29,822 bases of DNA, taken from IMG/VR virus record IMGVR_UViG_3300037787_000004, positions 1 through 29,822 of that record; one strand, given 5' to 3'. A model generated the notes under the pieces. The model worked only from the letters and a program-made list of their open reading frames with translations. It did not search any database and was not told the origin of the DNA. Positions 7,470 to 16,458 of the stretch are shown here, one piece after another. Each line of letters begins with the position of its first letter. Within the stretch, counting starts at the first letter, position 1. The position numbers and the translations under genes are program-made. The stretch comes from a virus (Duplodnaviria > Caudoviricetes).

Positions 7470-9622
7470 TATCTCAAGTTGTTAAGGTCTTTACTGCTTT
7501 TGTCCAATACCAAGCGAAGTGCATCTCCATCGAACTCACCCGTGATGTTTACGTTTACGTTTGAGCCTCCCATCATATTCATAAATGCGCCCATCTTCTC
7601 GAATGGAATGATCGCCTCCTTTCCTGATGCGTTATCTCCTACCATTGCAAGTGTAGGTCCAGTTACCATACCCCCTTGTGCGAAGGCTGGAATACCTCCG
7701 AATGCAGATGTAACTATTCCCACCGTTGATGCAATAAGGCCGGGTAGTATTAATGCTGCTGCTGGACCTGCGGCTGCTGCCGTTTGAGTAGTTCCTAAAA
7801 TAGCATTTGATATCGAACCTGCTAAGTTTGCAGCAATGATTTCCATAATGGCTGAACCCATTGTACCTGCGAATCTTTGGAATGCGTTCTCGCTATTCTT
7901 CAAGTCGCCGAACAAGGCGTTACTCATCTCACCAAATGCGGTATTAACCGCTTGTGCTGATAACTGCGCAGCTTGTGCCATTAACTCCGTCTTATTGATG
8001 AAGTTGTTAAACATCTCCTCTGAACCTGGAATGTCGGTTGGCATTTCGGGTGGCTCAAGGTCGGTAAAGTCCTCTGTAAAGTTTTCGATTGGAATACGAC
8101 CTGCACCTTGTCCTCCGCCCGTTAATCCGAGTTGCTGCTCCAGTCCAGTTATTCCACCTTGCAATTGTCGCTCTCCAAACAACTCCGCTAACCTCATGTT
8201 CTCATCGGCCAATGCGCTTACTGCTTTCGTAGCTTCTGTTGCTCCCGTAGCAATGTCCTCCATTACTTGAACTCCCTGCTCTGCGCCCTCAATTGGATTC
8301 TCAAGGTCGTATAAGGATTCGGTGAGTTGGAATATAGATGATTCGGTTTGCTTTGTTTCGGCTTCCAGTTGCTTAAGCGTTTCGCTCAATTGCTGAATGC
8401 GCCCTGCTTGAGCACCTCCACCTAACTTGCTGGTCTGCATCGCGCGAATCTCCGCTTTGATGCTTTCCTGAATCGCTATCTTACGCGCTTTGATTTCTTG
8501 AAGTAAGGCCTCCGCGTTCTTTATGATTGCTTTGGTTTCTTCTTTCTTCTGTTTAATAGTTTCCTCGCTGGCCTGAATGCTTCCATCCTGAATGCTATTT
8601 AACTCGTCTTGAGCCTTCTTCAAGCGATCGTAGGCATCCTTTAGTTGTGCTACCTGCTCTCGTGTCTTTTGAGTTACTGAACTATTATCGTCGATGTATT
8701 GGTTTAGCTTAACCATTCCCGCTACCAATGCCGTTACTCCAAGCACCACCAATCCAACTGGCCCAGATATCGCTGCGAATAACGCTGGCAATGCTGCTAA
8801 ACCTACACTAATCTTACCGATGATGATCAATGCCGGACCAATAGCTGCTACCAAACCTCCGATAACTACGATGGTCTGCTTTGTGCTTTGATCCAACTGT
8901 TGAAACTGCTCGGCCATCTCTTTAACGCGCTTGATTAATGGTGCAATCGATTCGGAAACTATCGCTCCGAACTGCTCCATCAAGTCGCCAATCGTGTTCT
9001 TAGTTTGTTGCAGTTGTCCGCTGAAGGAGTTTGCCTCCCCTTCCGCAGCTGCAAACGCTTTCGATAATACGTCTTGAGCAATCGCTACCCGTTCTGCTGC
9101 ATCTGTGGTTTGCTTTAGTGCTGGTATGTATCGGGTTAGCATCGTCGCATCGCCTTGCGCTAAGGCTGATGTATATCGTAACGCACTCTCGGCATTAACG
9201 TTGAAGGCCGCCTGCATTGCAATGGCATTCTTTACTGCGTTCTTAGCGGCCTCTCCAGTTAACCCCAATGATTCGGCCTGCTGAAGCATCGCTAACGTTG
9301 CCTCGTCGCCTACTACCGTTATCTTCTGTAATTCTGATGCGAATGTAGCGTAGTCCTTGAACAAACTCTCTACTTGTCGGCCATTAGCAGCAAGTGCTGC
9401 CCTTAATCTCATCTCGGCCTTTTCCTGAACTGCAAACGCTGCAACTGATGCTGCACCTAATGCCGTGATCGGTGCAGTTACTTTCATGGAAATATCCTTG
9501 CCTAACTTCTCGGCCCTTTTGCCGAACTCCTCGAGCGACTTGGAAGCAGATTGCAAGCCTTTCTTAAGTGCTTCGGGGTTTGCACTAATTATTACGTTTA
9601 TCGCGCCTACCTGCTCTGCCAT
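7469..9622 (-). CDS. Tail tape measure protein
   Basis: 717 aa, Ala-rich helical, hydrophobic middle, C-terminal FAQGG..GPT..GD..G.EAIIP motif; follows the chaperone genes. Confidence 0.92.
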   Translation of the reverse strand: MAEQVGAINVIISANPEALKKGLQSASKSLEEFGKRAEKLGKDISMKVTAPITALGAASVAAFAVQEKAEMRLRAALAANGRQVESLFKDYATFASELQKITVVGDEATLAMLQQAESLGLTGEAAKNAVKNAIAMQAAFNVNAESALRYTSALAQGDATMLTRYIPALKQTTDAAERVAIAQDVLSKAFAAAEGEANSFSGQLQQTKNTIGDLMEQFGAIVSESIAPLIKRVKEMAEQFQQLDQSTKQTIVVIGGLVAAIGPALIIIGKISVGLAALPALFAAISGPVGLVVLGVTALVAGMVKLNQYIDDNSSVTQKTREQVAQLKDAYDRLKKAQDELNSIQDGSIQASEETIKQKKEETKAIIKNAEALLQEIKARKIAIQESIKAEIRAMQTSKLGGGAQAGRIQQLSETLKQLEAETKQTESSIFQLTESLYDLENPIEGAEQGVQVMEDIATGATEATKAVSALADENMRLAELFGERQLQGGITGLEQQLGLTGGGQGAGRIPIENFTEDFTDLEPPEMPTDIPGSEEMFNNFINKTELMAQAAQLSAQAVNTAFGEMSNALFGDLKNSENAFQRFAGTMGSAIMEIIAANLAGSISNAILGTTQTAAAAGPAAALILPGLIASTVGIVTSAFGGIPAFAQGGMVTGPTLAMVGDNASGKEAIIPFEKMGAFMNMMGGSNVNVNITGEFDGDALRLVLDKSSKDLNNLR

Positions 9623-9884
9623 TTTTCATCCAATTTTTACGAATTAACTCTTTTTCCTCTTCGGTAATTGTTCTTCTGTTGTCCTGGTCGATGCTTAACG
9701 GTATCAAGTCCTTTGGATTAACCTTGCGCTTACTGTTCGCGTTGATTAAGATCGCTCCAATGAACCTCGTCTGCTCCCACTCTTTATCCCTTGCTATGCG
9801 ATAACCGTCTAACTTCCATATCGCTTGCCTCATCGTCGCCCTCCAGAAACCTTCCTCCTCCAAGTGCAGATTAACGCACCACAT
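9585..9884 (-). CDS. Tail assembly chaperone, second (gpT-like) frame
   Basis: FW..T...WEQTR..P.DL pattern; the -1 frame is open back into the upstream gene. Confidence 0.75.
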   Translation of the reverse strand: MWCVNLHLEEEGFWRATMRQAIWKLDGYRIARDKEWEQTRFIGAILINANSKRKVNPKDLIPLSIDQDNRRTITEEEKELIRKNWMKNGRAGRRDKRNN

Positions 9885-9904
9885 CCTCCGCAGGTCCGCA
9901 AAGG

Positions 9905-10306
9905 TTATTTTTTTGCCTTCTGCGTCGCTTTTTTTTTGCTCTCATCCACTTCTGGCATATATTGAGCAATAACCCCTGCAAAGGCTTCTATCAGCGTCGT
10001 AGCGTCTTGTCCTAACATCGTGTTGCGAACCCAGCGAAGATTAACCGATAAGGGTTCTTCTTTGTGCTCGTGTCCGGTCTGAATAGCTACGTATATCATC
10101 TTGGCCATCGCGTCGATGCTGGATATCTTAATCGAGCCATCCTCTCCTGGATTAAGTTCTGCTAAGACTTCCACCATCTTGGTTTGTACCTCGTTTACAT
10201 CCTCGATGCCGAGTGCCGTAGCGAAGTCCAATGCACTTGCGTTATCCCAAAAAAGGTGAACGGTATTCTCGCCCACCTCTATTGAATATACTTTGGTTCT
10301 CATCAA
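9905..10306 (-). CDS. Tail assembly chaperone (gpG-like)
   Basis: Between tail tube and tape measure; ends in Lys runs encoded by poly-A. Confidence 0.8.
   Translation of the reverse strand: MMRTKVYSIEVGENTVHLFWDNASALDFATALGIEDVNEVQTKMVEVLAELNPGEDGSIKISSIDAMAKMIYVAIQTGHEHKEEPLSVNLRWVRNTMLGQDATTLIEAFAGVIAQYMPEVDESKKKATQKAKK
9908..9937 (-). promoter_or_regulatory. -1 programmed frameshift slippery sites
   Basis: A9 (9937-9929) and A7 (9914-9908), each A AAA AAA in the zero frame; -1 frame reads SDAEGKKITFADLRR into MWCV. Confidence 0.75.
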
Positions 10307-10713
10307 GTGGTTACTTCAGTCCAGCTAAAGCTACCCGTTGAGCGAAGTGTTACCGAGTAGGTAGTCATTTCGTTTTTAGGTGCGTCGATGGTTACTGACT
10401 CCACCAATGCTGAACCCGTAATGTAGCGATCGCCTACTTGAGCGAATTGCCCCCACTTGTACGTTACCTCTGTACCTGCAACAAGGTCGTCGTATGCTAC
10501 CTCTCCTGATTGAGTGGTTTCATCTACGTTGTGCAAACCTTCGATGCTGATGGTAAGTGAACGCTCTCCGCGAGTGAACTCTTTGTACGCGTTTGAATCT
10601 TTAGTAGTCTTGTCGATCATGTCGGCTGCTACCTCCAAAGAAGTAGAAGTCGTACCAACGTATGTGTTGGAATCTGACTCAACAAGAATTACATCTCCAT
10701 TAACTAATGCCAT
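10303..10713 (-). CDS. Major tail tube protein (TP901-1-like)
   Basis: ID.TTKDS..KEF..G.RS.TISIEG and TYSVTL..TG motifs. Confidence 0.88.
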   Translation of the reverse strand: MALVNGDVILVESDSNTYVGTTSTSLEVAADMIDKTTKDSNAYKEFTRGERSLTISIEGLHNVDETTQSGEVAYDDLVAGTEVTYKWGQFAQVGDRYITGSALVESVTIDAPKNEMTTYSVTLRSTGSFSWTEVTT

Positions 10714-10735
10714 TGTTGTTTATTTTAATTTGTTG

Positions 10736-10772
10736 CTAATTTACTGCCTTGCCTTGTGGTCTTGTTCTAATT
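10736..10772 (-). promoter_or_regulatory. Putative late promoter (tail tube)
   Basis: AATTAGAACA-N19-TAAATTAG. Confidence 0.65.
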
Positions 10773-11010
10773 ACTCGATAATGTCCGTATCGGGATTCCA
10801 CGATTCGTCTAACTCCGCTACCCATTGCATATTGCTATGCTCGTAGTTTTTGTGTTTTACGATTGCGTAAAGGTCGGTCTGCGTAGGGTGTTGTCGTGGC
10901 TCTGCCCATCTCGTGGTTGTGCCGTTGTAACCTTCGCCTTGCGTTACTTTATCGTCGTAGTAGTCCGCTTGTGATTTCGTTCCTAAATAGAAGCCGTCGC
11001 TTTGTGTCAT
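10771..11010 (-). CDS. Small hypothetical protein, possible partner of the upstream lectin-like protein
   Basis: 79-aa ORF filling the gap, with an A-rich leader. Confidence 0.7.
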   Translation of the reverse strand: MTQSDGFYLGTKSQADYYDDKVTQGEGYNGTTTRWAEPRQHPTQTDLYAIVKHKNYEHSNMQWVAELDESWNPDTDIIE

Positions 11011-11022
11011 TGTTTATTGTGT

Positions 11023-12618
11023 TTATGGATAAATGTTGTAATGTCCGTTTATTGCTGCTTCGATGTTTGTTCTGTTAGCAGATTGGTTGGTATCGTAGAT
11101 GATGATTTCTAATATCTTTTTATTGAAAAAGTTACTAATAGAATACCTTCCAATTTCATCTACTGCCGTTAGTCTTGTTGCTGATTGTGGGTTACTTGCG
11201 CTCGCATTGCCATTCATAAACATATAAGCATCAGAACCATCGTAATATGCAGAACCTAAAGATAAATCTGTATATGTTTCGGTATAATTAAAAGGCGACA
11301 AATAGTAAATAGATGTAGATTTTGCAAAAGATAATGCTCTTGACGGACCAGATAGTAATGGTTCAATAGTTGAACCTATATCAGGAGGAATTAATACAGA
11401 AAATACACTATCTATCGTTAAACTTAATCCTTGTAAAAAGTCATCCACCCCATCAAAGTCTAACGCTACTTTCCCATTCTCCGTTATCAAACTCCCCCCA
11501 TCCACGATTTGTGGTTGATATGCTGCCGTTGCTTGTGTGGCATCATTACTCCCTGCTTGGTCGTACCAAGTTGTAACAAACCCATCGTTAGTGCTGGTGT
11601 AAATCGAGTAATAGTCGTTTACATTTGCTTCGATGTTTCCTCTGTTGGAGGATTGGTCGGAGTTGTAGATGATTAGTTCTTTTGCTTTGAAATTGCTATA
11701 ATTTGAACCAGTTGTTGAATTTCCTATTCTTAATAATTTAGCAGTTGAATAGTCTGTTATTGGTGTTATAGAAGCCCCTAAAATGTTATTTGCATAAGTT
11801 GTAAGACTTGAGCCATTAGTGATATTTACATTTAACAACTGCTGACTATTACTAACTGTTGAGGTATTAAAATCTTCTCTATCTCCAGTTGGTGTAAAAT
11901 GCTCAATTTTAGTCCCCGTATATCCATGTATAATTGCTGGTGATGACCCTGTAAGATTGCCCCCTAAAATATAGTTTGTAGTATTTGTAGGACTATTTAA
12001 GGCAAAAAATACAGAGTAATTATTGTTTATATTAACATCCATGTTAAATACATCATCCACCCCATCAAAGTCCACCGCTGGCTTCCCGTTTTCCTCTACC
12101 AATACCCCTGCATCTACTATCTTAGGCTGACTTGCAGCAGTACCTTGTGTAGCATCGTTGCTATTACCGCTTTGGTCGTACCATGTAGTAACGTAGCCGT
12201 TATCACTTGCCGTATTTCCTACCCATGCTAATAAAGTTCCATCCGTTATCTCCGTAGGATTGAAGTCCGCCTCTGCATTGTCTACTGACCTCCGTACCCT
12301 TACCACGTCGGCCGTGTAACTATCGCTTACATACCGCAAAGAATAAGCCGCAGCTGCTCCTGCTCCATAATCCGCTGGTGCTACATCTCGCGCATTCACG
12401 AAGTCTAATAACGTAGTCGTGTCTAACTCCGTTCCCGTAAACCCGATGTCCTGCTCCGTATTGTCGCTCGACCTGCGTACCCGGACCGCATTCGTTGCTG
12501 ACTTGGATAACTTCCGCAAAGAATAACCTGCCGCTGCTCCGCTGAACTTATCCAATAAACCCCTGAACCCTCCAAAGTTGGAAGTAGTGCCGATTCTATT
12601 GCTGATGTCTATCCTCAT
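11023..12618 (-). CDS. Virion appendage protein with two nested concanavalin-like (arabinofuranosidase-B-catalytic-like) domains
   Basis: Duplicated AAxYSLR..VRVRRS.DN, VTTWYDQ.G..DATQ, DFDGVDD and EI/LIIY motifs; start moved to 12618 (ATGA overlap). Confidence 0.75.
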   Translation of the reverse strand: MRIDISNRIGTTSNFGGFRGLLDKFSGAAAGYSLRKLSKSATNAVRVRRSSDNTEQDIGFTGTELDTTTLLDFVNARDVAPADYGAGAAAAYSLRYVSDSYTADVVRVRRSVDNAEADFNPTEITDGTLLAWVGNTASDNGYVTTWYDQSGNSNDATQGTAASQPKIVDAGVLVEENGKPAVDFDGVDDVFNMDVNINNNYSVFFALNSPTNTTNYILGGNLTGSSPAIIHGYTGTKIEHFTPTGDREDFNTSTVSNSQQLLNVNITNGSSLTTYANNILGASITPITDYSTAKLLRIGNSTTGSNYSNFKAKELIIYNSDQSSNRGNIEANVNDYYSIYTSTNDGFVTTWYDQAGSNDATQATAAYQPQIVDGGSLITENGKVALDFDGVDDFLQGLSLTIDSVFSVLIPPDIGSTIEPLLSGPSRALSFAKSTSIYYLSPFNYTETYTDLSLGSAYYDGSDAYMFMNGNASASNPQSATRLTAVDEIGRYSISNFFNKKILEIIIYDTNQSANRTNIEAAINGHYNIYP

Positions 12619-13046
12619 ACTGTGCCGAAGTTCTTGTGTGAGTAAAGGTATAAATCGCTTCCAATGCAAACCGCCTCGAAGATATCCGTACCGCTATTGG
12701 TTACGTTAGGTAAACTGCCTCCCTCTAAGTACATAACCCCTCCCGTTACCACGATCGAGTTTACGTCGTAATTTGCTCCGTTGGTTACCACGAAAACATA
12801 ACGCTCTCCGTCTACCGGGTTAGTCAATGTTACATCCACATCTCCACCTAAGGTAAAAGTGAAGTGATGGCCCGTGCTTAAATCAACGCTAACCGCTCCC
12901 GTAACGCTTCCCGCTGCAACGGTTGTATTACGCATGAAGTTTGAGCGCGTTATCTTCTTCGTAGTGGTACCATTCCAGATTGCTAACTCGTGCGTCTCCG
13001 ATACCGTAGTGATCGCGTCTAATTGTGTTATTGTCTTGTCTGCCAT
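12615..13046 (-). CDS. Short fibre/decoration protein
   Basis: MADKTITQL..TKKIT N-terminal anchor-type motif followed by a beta-rich domain. Confidence 0.6.
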   Translation of the reverse strand: MADKTITQLDAITTVSETHELAIWNGTTTKKITRSNFMRNTTVAAGSVTGAVSVDLSTGHHFTFTLGGDVDVTLTNPVDGERYVFVVTNGANYDVNSIVVTGGVMYLEGGSLPNVTNSGTDIFEAVCIGSDLYLYSHKNFGTV

Positions 13047-13049
13047 TTC

Positions 13050-13547
13050 TTATATCTTAATTCGTGATGAAGCTGCCCATAATAGATTGCTTCCAGCCTC
13101 CCACAACAAATAATCTCCGTTCTCCTGGTATATTACCCTCAAGCTGATTAATTGGCTGAAGATAACCCCATCATTACCGTATTCCTCTATCTCGCGTGTA
13201 TCCTCAACGTAGGTGTGCAGGTTAAGCAACCCCTCGTTTAAGTCAAACGTTCTGCTCTTGCTATCCTTTACCAACTGCAATACCTGCTGGCTGATCGCAT
13301 ACATCGGTAACTTACTTACTCCGCCTTTTCTCTGCTTTGTTACGATGCGAATATCCAAACGCGCTGGACCTCCGAAGTAGTCCTTTGTCAAGTCCTCGAT
13401 GAACCTGAACCCCTCCAGTACGATGTAGTTGGAAGGTGCGTTTTTTGGTACTCCGGTGTAAACTGGCACATCGCTCCCGTCGTAAGATAGATTCCCATCC
13501 AACAACTGAACCAATGCAGATAATATACCGAGTGCTGGCTCTCTCAT
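13050..13547 (-). CDS. Tail completion/terminator protein (DUF3168-like) with C-terminal extension
   Basis: VPVY..VP..AP..YIV motif and position in the neck module. Confidence 0.75.
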   Translation of the reverse strand: MREPALGILSALVQLLDGNLSYDGSDVPVYTGVPKNAPSNYIVLEGFRFIEDLTKDYFGGPARLDIRIVTKQRKGGVSKLPMYAISQQVLQLVKDSKSRTFDLNEGLLNLHTYVEDTREIEEYGNDGVIFSQLISLRVIYQENGDYLLWEAGSNLLWAASSRIKI

Positions 13548-13810
13548 TAATATATAGCTAATAGGTCGCCTGAATACGTTGTGCCTGAAGTCAAAACCTT
13601 CTTCACCGCTACTGGAATGTACTCTGGATCTCCAACGCCTTTGAAAGTAGCCGTAGTGCCGTCTGCCGTTACTACTGCAACGTTACCCGTACCTCCTGAT
13701 GCGCGAACGTAAAAGATACCTAATGGATCGGTTTGGAAGTCCGCTGCCGATACATCGATTTCCTCTGCCGTTTGTCCTTGATAACGCTCAAAACCTCTTT
13801 GTCTTGCCAT
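13547..13810 (-). CDS. Head spike base-like protein (resembles the RcGTA Rcc01079 family)
   Basis: YV..G.GNVAVVTADG...TF..V....IPV.VKKV...GTT....LLAIY pattern, 87 aa. Confidence 0.65.
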   Translation of the reverse strand: MARQRGFERYQGQTAEEIDVSAADFQTDPLGIFYVRASGGTGNVAVVTADGTTATFKGVGDPEYIPVAVKKVLTSGTTYSGDLLAIY

Positions 13811-13815
13811 GATGT

Positions 13816-14250
13816 TTATTTTAATACTTGTTTTACTCTATTTATGAATGGTCTAAAATGCTTCTCTAATGCTGGCCGCATGAATGGTCGCTTCTCCAAG
13901 TTGTTTGCTTGATATCCAAACTCCAATGCGGCTGAATACCGCGCTCCGCTAATTACCCTTCCAGTCATCTCACCCGCTTTGCTTTCCCATCTGATATTCT
14001 GCTTCAAGTTACCCGTATCCGTTGCTGGTGGATTATTGGGTGAACTTGCCGTGTGCGTTCTGTTGGGTAGGTATAACTTTCTTGTTATCCCTGAACCTGG
14101 TTTGCTGATGCTCTCGATAACCGTCTTGTGGACCTCTAAGGTAGTTTCTTTCACCGCCTTAGATATCCGCTTCTGCTGCTTATCAGATGCCTGCTCTATG
14201 CGCCTCTGTAACGCCTTTAATTCGCTATTTGGTATGCTTACCCTAATCAC
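13816..14250 (-). CDS. HK97 gp10-like neck protein
   Basis: P..DTGNL, Y...LEFG and RPFMRPA motifs. Confidence 0.9.
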   Translation of the reverse strand: MIRVSIPNSELKALQRRIEQASDKQQKRISKAVKETTLEVHKTVIESISKPGSGITRKLYLPNRTHTASSPNNPPATDTGNLKQNIRWESKAGEMTGRVISGARYSAALEFGYQANNLEKRPFMRPALEKHFRPFINRVKQVLK

Positions 14251-14566
14251 GTTTGATAAACATTATTAAGGTCCATACATTGCGCCTCTCATCCTTTACC
14301 AAGCTATGCAACTCGTAAACCTCTCCATCGTACTCCACTCGGTAATGCATATCCAATCCGGGTACGTCGTCGTAATACACTTCGCACTCATACGGTTGAC
14401 CGTTTACAATCTGGCTCACCTCCAATGCTTCGCTTCCCTTCATCGGCTGAACGTAGGCCCATGTGCTCACCTCTCCAGTCCATGAAGCAGAATAACCCCC
14501 AAGCGCATCTTTCGTCTGCGTAGAAGTCTGAAACGTTACCCTATCATCCATCTTGCCTACACCCAT
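14243..14566 (-). CDS. Head closure / head-tail adaptor (SPP1 gp16-like)
   Basis: RVTFQ..D..GG...W.....WA.V.P..G.E motif. Confidence 0.88.
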   Translation of the reverse strand: MGVGKMDDRVTFQTSTQTKDALGGYSASWTGEVSTWAYVQPMKGSEALEVSQIVNGQPYECEVYYDDVPGLDMHYRVEYDGEVYELHSLVKDERRNVWTLIMFIKRD

Positions 14567-15111
14567 ATTCTCGTGCGATATGCGTTTAGCATCTTCTGCG
14601 CGTTGAAGTAACTCAACGTGCGCCCTTGATCGTTACTCGAACTCCTTACCTCCCACATCTCGGCCAATATGCTTAAGATAGCCTCCTGAACTGGTCCTGG
14701 ACAACTCGCGCTGGTAGTGTAAACAAACTCGTAGGAATAGGAATTGTCGGTGCTGAATACTTGAGTAACACGAATGGTCGGCTCTGTGTTTCCTATTTTC
14801 CAATAGTTGGTGTTTAGGGTTAATGTCGTAGCCGTGCCCTCCTTATCTATTCTCTTAACGCTGGTGATTGTTGCTACCGGTACGTGAATCAAGTCGAACT
14901 CGGTTATATCTCCTGGTTCGCTTACGTACTGCGTAACGGTTTTGTCAATGAACGCCCGGTTGCAATAACGCTCTGCCCACTCCCTCGCAGAAGTTATCAT
15001 CCGCGTTATCATCGTGTCCTCTTGCGTATTGCTTACCCGTAGATGTGCTTTGGCTTCCGATAACGTGATTGGCTCTGTACCAATGCTCGAAAAAGTGCTT
15101 TCTACTTTCAT
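14557..15111 (-). CDS. Head-tail connector (HK97 gp6-like)
   Basis: EPITLSEAKAHLRV..ED..I...I.SAR..AE.Y motif. Confidence 0.9.
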   Translation of the reverse strand: MKVESTFSSIGTEPITLSEAKAHLRVSNTQEDTMITRMITSAREWAERYCNRAFIDKTVTQYVSEPGDITEFDLIHVPVATITSVKRIDKEGTATTLTLNTNYWKIGNTEPTIRVTQVFSTDNSYSYEFVYTTSASCPGPVQEAILSILAEMWEVRSSSNDQGRTLSYFNAQKMLNAYRTRIWV

Positions 15112-15116
15112 ACTTA

Positions 15117-15153
15117 CGAAGGTATTAATTGCTCTGTTGGTGGTGTTCTAATT
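15117..15153 (-). promoter_or_regulatory. Putative late promoter (neck genes), immediately after the capsid terminator
   Basis: AATTAGAACA-N19-TACCTTCG, 5 nt before the ATG. Confidence 0.65.
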
Positions 15154-15157
15154 GCAT

Positions 15158-15184
15158 AAAAAAAGGGAGGACCGCAGCCCTCCC
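15158..15184 (-). terminator. Intrinsic terminator after the major capsid gene
   Basis: GGGAGGGC-UGCG-GUCCUCCC followed by U7. Confidence 0.9.
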
Positions 15185-15210
15185 CCTGATTACAACTAAT
15201 CAACCAATGC

Positions 15211-16446
15211 TTATGATGCAGCCTCGATTGCAAGTTTGATGTTAGCAAACGTATCCACGAACCATGCAGTTGGGTAGTAGATAGGGAATGCCAAACGCTC
15301 CTCAACAACAACTGTTACCAAGTTGTAGATAGCGTTGTCTTGGTCTTGGTCAAACAAGCGAACCGATACCCCTTCGCGTTGTGCGATTTGAGCAGCGTTA
15401 GTATCTCCAATGTAAAGCGTTCCAGCAGCAACCGAAGTTGACTGATAAACTGGAATACCTTGGAAGAATGCTGATCCACCTTCGTAGGTGATTTGGTCAA
15501 ACAAGTACTGTCCGTTGCTACCTTTGTCGCTCAATGCATCGTAGTAGTCGATTGGGTTAAGTACGATTGCGTTTGCGTTGTGCTTGTTGGAAGCTAATAC
15601 TCCACGTGCAGCGATCATCGCATCCCACTTGTTTGAACCATCGAGTGCATACTTATCAGCGAATACTGTACCAGCGATGTCTGCGTCGGTAAGTGCTCCT
15701 ACTGAAAGTCCAGTCAAGTTTGCTCCAGTTCCCGCTCCAGTTAAAAGTTGAGTATCTTCTACTTTCAACAACTCGATTACTCCGTAGGTTTGAAGGAATC
15801 CAGCCAATGCAGGGATATCATTCAACAACTCCTCGCTGATGCGCTTGTGATGTGCAATCTTGCGAGCAGGTGCTTCTTTCATCTCGAAGTCATTATCTGA
15901 AGCTGGCTTAACAACTCCCTCACCAATAGCAGCAGGTGCTCCGTCTACCGCAGTTTCCTGTGGGTAAGCGAAGATGCTACCAGTCATTGGTACTACGCTG
16001 AACAACGAACGAATGTTGAACGCCTCACGCTTAAGTGGAGTGATGGTGCTCAAACGAGTTGGCTCGATGAATGATACGTTGGTACCGTTAGTCAATGAAG
16101 CTGCTCCAGTCATTGTACCGGCTGCTTTCATGCTAATAGGTGCAGTAGTCTTAGCTTCGCGTGATTGGAATGCTTTAAAGGAAGCATCCTCCATCAAACG
16201 CTCTGCAAGGCCTTTTGAGTTTTTGAACTCTCCACCGTTCTCGCGGAGTTTCTTCACGTCGGTTACCAAACGATCGTAATCGTCTTGAGTGATACCGGCC
16301 ATTGAGTTTACTTTCTCGGCAAGGTTGCTAAGTGCTGACTTTGTTTCTTCTGCGATTCCCGCAGCAGATGTGGCCTCGTTGTTGGCCTTTTCGATTTGCG
16401 CGTTGATTTCATTTTTGATCGCGCCTAATTGTTCTTTCAATTCCAT
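15211..16446 (-). CDS. Major capsid protein, HK97 fold, with N-terminal delta domain
   Basis: EG..KP, ISEELL.D, ED.QLL.G.G, LNP.D and EER motifs; start placed at ATG 16446. Confidence 0.95.
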   Translation of the reverse strand: MELKEQLGAIKNEINAQIEKANNEATSAAGIAEETKSALSNLAEKVNSMAGITQDDYDRLVTDVKKLRENGGEFKNSKGLAERLMEDASFKAFQSREAKTTAPISMKAAGTMTGAASLTNGTNVSFIEPTRLSTITPLKREAFNIRSLFSVVPMTGSIFAYPQETAVDGAPAAIGEGVVKPASDNDFEMKEAPARKIAHHKRISEELLNDIPALAGFLQTYGVIELLKVEDTQLLTGAGTGANLTGLSVGALTDADIAGTVFADKYALDGSNKWDAMIAARGVLASNKHNANAIVLNPIDYYDALSDKGSNGQYLFDQITYEGGSAFFQGIPVYQSTSVAAGTLYIGDTNAAQIAQREGVSVRLFDQDQDNAIYNLVTVVVEERLAFPIYYPTAWFVDTFANIKLAIEAAS

Positions 16447-16458
16447 TTTTTGAATCAA

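Noticed and set aside
11023-12618. Duplicated lectin segments as a DGR template/variable repeat pair
   Set aside because: No reverse transcriptase is encoded, both copies are in frame in one protein, and the differences are not adenine-specific
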